Shown piece by piece: positions 8,028-8,855 of a stretch of 8,855 nt of DNA (positions are counted from its first letter, which is position 1; every line of letters starts with the position of its first letter). Position numbers and translations under genes: made by a program. Location: the NCBI GenBank assembly GCA_043228905.1, contig JBHGNT010001411.1:1-8855 (forward strand), written 5' to 3'. This DNA comes from Azolla caroliniana (Eukaryota; Plantae; Polypodiophyta). A model generated the notes under the pieces. It was given only the letters and a program-made list of their open reading frames with translations. It did not search any database and was not told the origin of the DNA.

Positions 8028-8855
8028 ATGAGTGAAGATTCACCGTTCTCGATTGAAGAATATTGTTTGTCATCAGACCCATCGTTTTCTACTGAAGAGT
8101 ATTGTTTATCAACAGAGTCACCATATTCGATTGAAGAATATTGTCTTTCGACCGACTCACCATATTCTATCGAAGAATATTGTCTGAGCTCATCTACAGG
8201 GAATGCAAATAATGACACATGTGAAGAGTTCTCTATTGAAGAATACAATATTAATAAAGATACCGGGAATGAAGGAAGTGCCCAGGAAACATTGAATAAC
8301 ATTGGCGATGGTCAGAACAGAGAATTAGACTGTAACAAGGTTACACCAACCTCTATGCAGGAAGAGAAATCTGGGAGCCCTATGCATATTAGAAGAATCC
8401 CACGAAGAATTCGTCTGGCTAGATTTAGCTTGGTGACATCAGATAAACAGATTGGATTTGATGTCAACAAAATATGTTGTGCCCGTGGTTGTATGTCTAT
8501 GATTGGAAAATCAAAGTTGCGAGAATTAAGGCGATACTATTTTTCGATGACCGGTGATGAGCAAGACACTTACCTCGGATCACATATGCAACTAGTATCT
8601 GACAAATGTACGGGGATCAAAGTATCATTCGAGTATTATATCTTCCATGCGCAACAGATATGTAGAGTTGCATTCAAAATTGTGTTATGTGTTAGTAACA
8701 TGCGGCTACATAGAGTACAACAACGTCTACTTAGCGGGGATCAGATGCTCAATTGTAAAGAGGTTCCAAGTATGAAAGGTGCAATTGGAAGACTAGCTAT
8801 TGGCTGGATGAAAACTTACTTTCAGTTAAATTGTGAAGTAATGCCCACTACAGGT
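8028..8855 (+). CDS. Putative DNA-transposon transposase, N-terminal part (Sola-type/DUF7869-like); 3' end runs off the window
   Basis: 276 open codons from GCC-ATG at 8028 to the window end; not in the ORF track because it has no stop. Motifs: CCARGC...LRRYYFSM...EQDTYL, ICRVAFKIVLCVSNMRLHRVQQ, AIGWMKTYFQLNCEVMPTTG. This CCxxxC / CxxAF...SxxR / WMxxYF...MP pattern is one I recall from Sola-type transposases. The catalytic domain is not in the window. Confidence 0.65.
   Translation, partial: MSEDSPFSIEEYCLSSDPSFSTEEYCLSTESPYSIEEYCLSTDSPYSIEEYCLSSSTGNANNDTCEEFSIEEYNINKDTGNEGSAQETLNNIGDGQNRELDCNKVTPTSMQEEKSGSPMHIRRIPRRIRLARFSLVTSDKQIGFDVNKICCARGCMSMIGKSKLRELRRYYFSMTGDEQDTYLGSHMQLVSDKCTGIKVSFEYYIFHAQQICRVAFKIVLCVSNMRLHRVQQRLLSGDQMLNCKEVPSMKGAIGRLAIGWMKTYFQLNCEVMPTTG
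8040..8195 (+). repeat. Coding 39-bp (13-aa) tandem repeat, 4 copies, SPYSIEEYCLSTD-like
   Basis: SPFSIEEYCLSSD / PSFSTEEYCLSTE / SPYSIEEYCLSTD / SPYSIEEYCLSSS, with a degenerate fifth copy EEFSIEEYN near 8223-8249. Confidence 0.92.

Noticed and set aside
8021-8302. Minus-strand 93-aa ORF
   Set aside because: It is the antisense shadow of the repeat-containing plus-strand ORF starting at 8028.

Overview
This is eukaryotic nuclear DNA, most likely from a land plant (GT-AG introns, a tRNA-iMet primer-binding site, TATA boxes), and it is rich in transposon sequence. On the left, the 5' LTR and PBS of a minus-strand LTR retrotransposon (36-420) abut a decayed coiled-coil ORF (about 421-1330). 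The centre holds a six-exon minus-strand gene (7204 to 2874, 975 codons including the stop) that the ORF track shows only as fragments. It encodes a ParB/Srx-like domain fused to a prokaryote-type beta-class amino (N6A/N4C) DNA methyltransferase (DIPY...QKP...DLFSGTGTT) and has one in-frame TAG at 5380-5382. Its first intron contains 12 copies of a 43-bp CpG-rich palindrome at a period of about 51 bp (6511-7119). An ORF missing from the track starts at 8028 on the plus strand, divergent from that gene, and runs off the window. It resembles the Cys-rich N-terminus of Sola-type (DUF7869-like) transposases. The main hypothesis is a DNA transposon carrying its own ParB-methyltransferase plus a palindromic array that could be its binding target. 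Family assignments come from motif recognition only; no database search was run.
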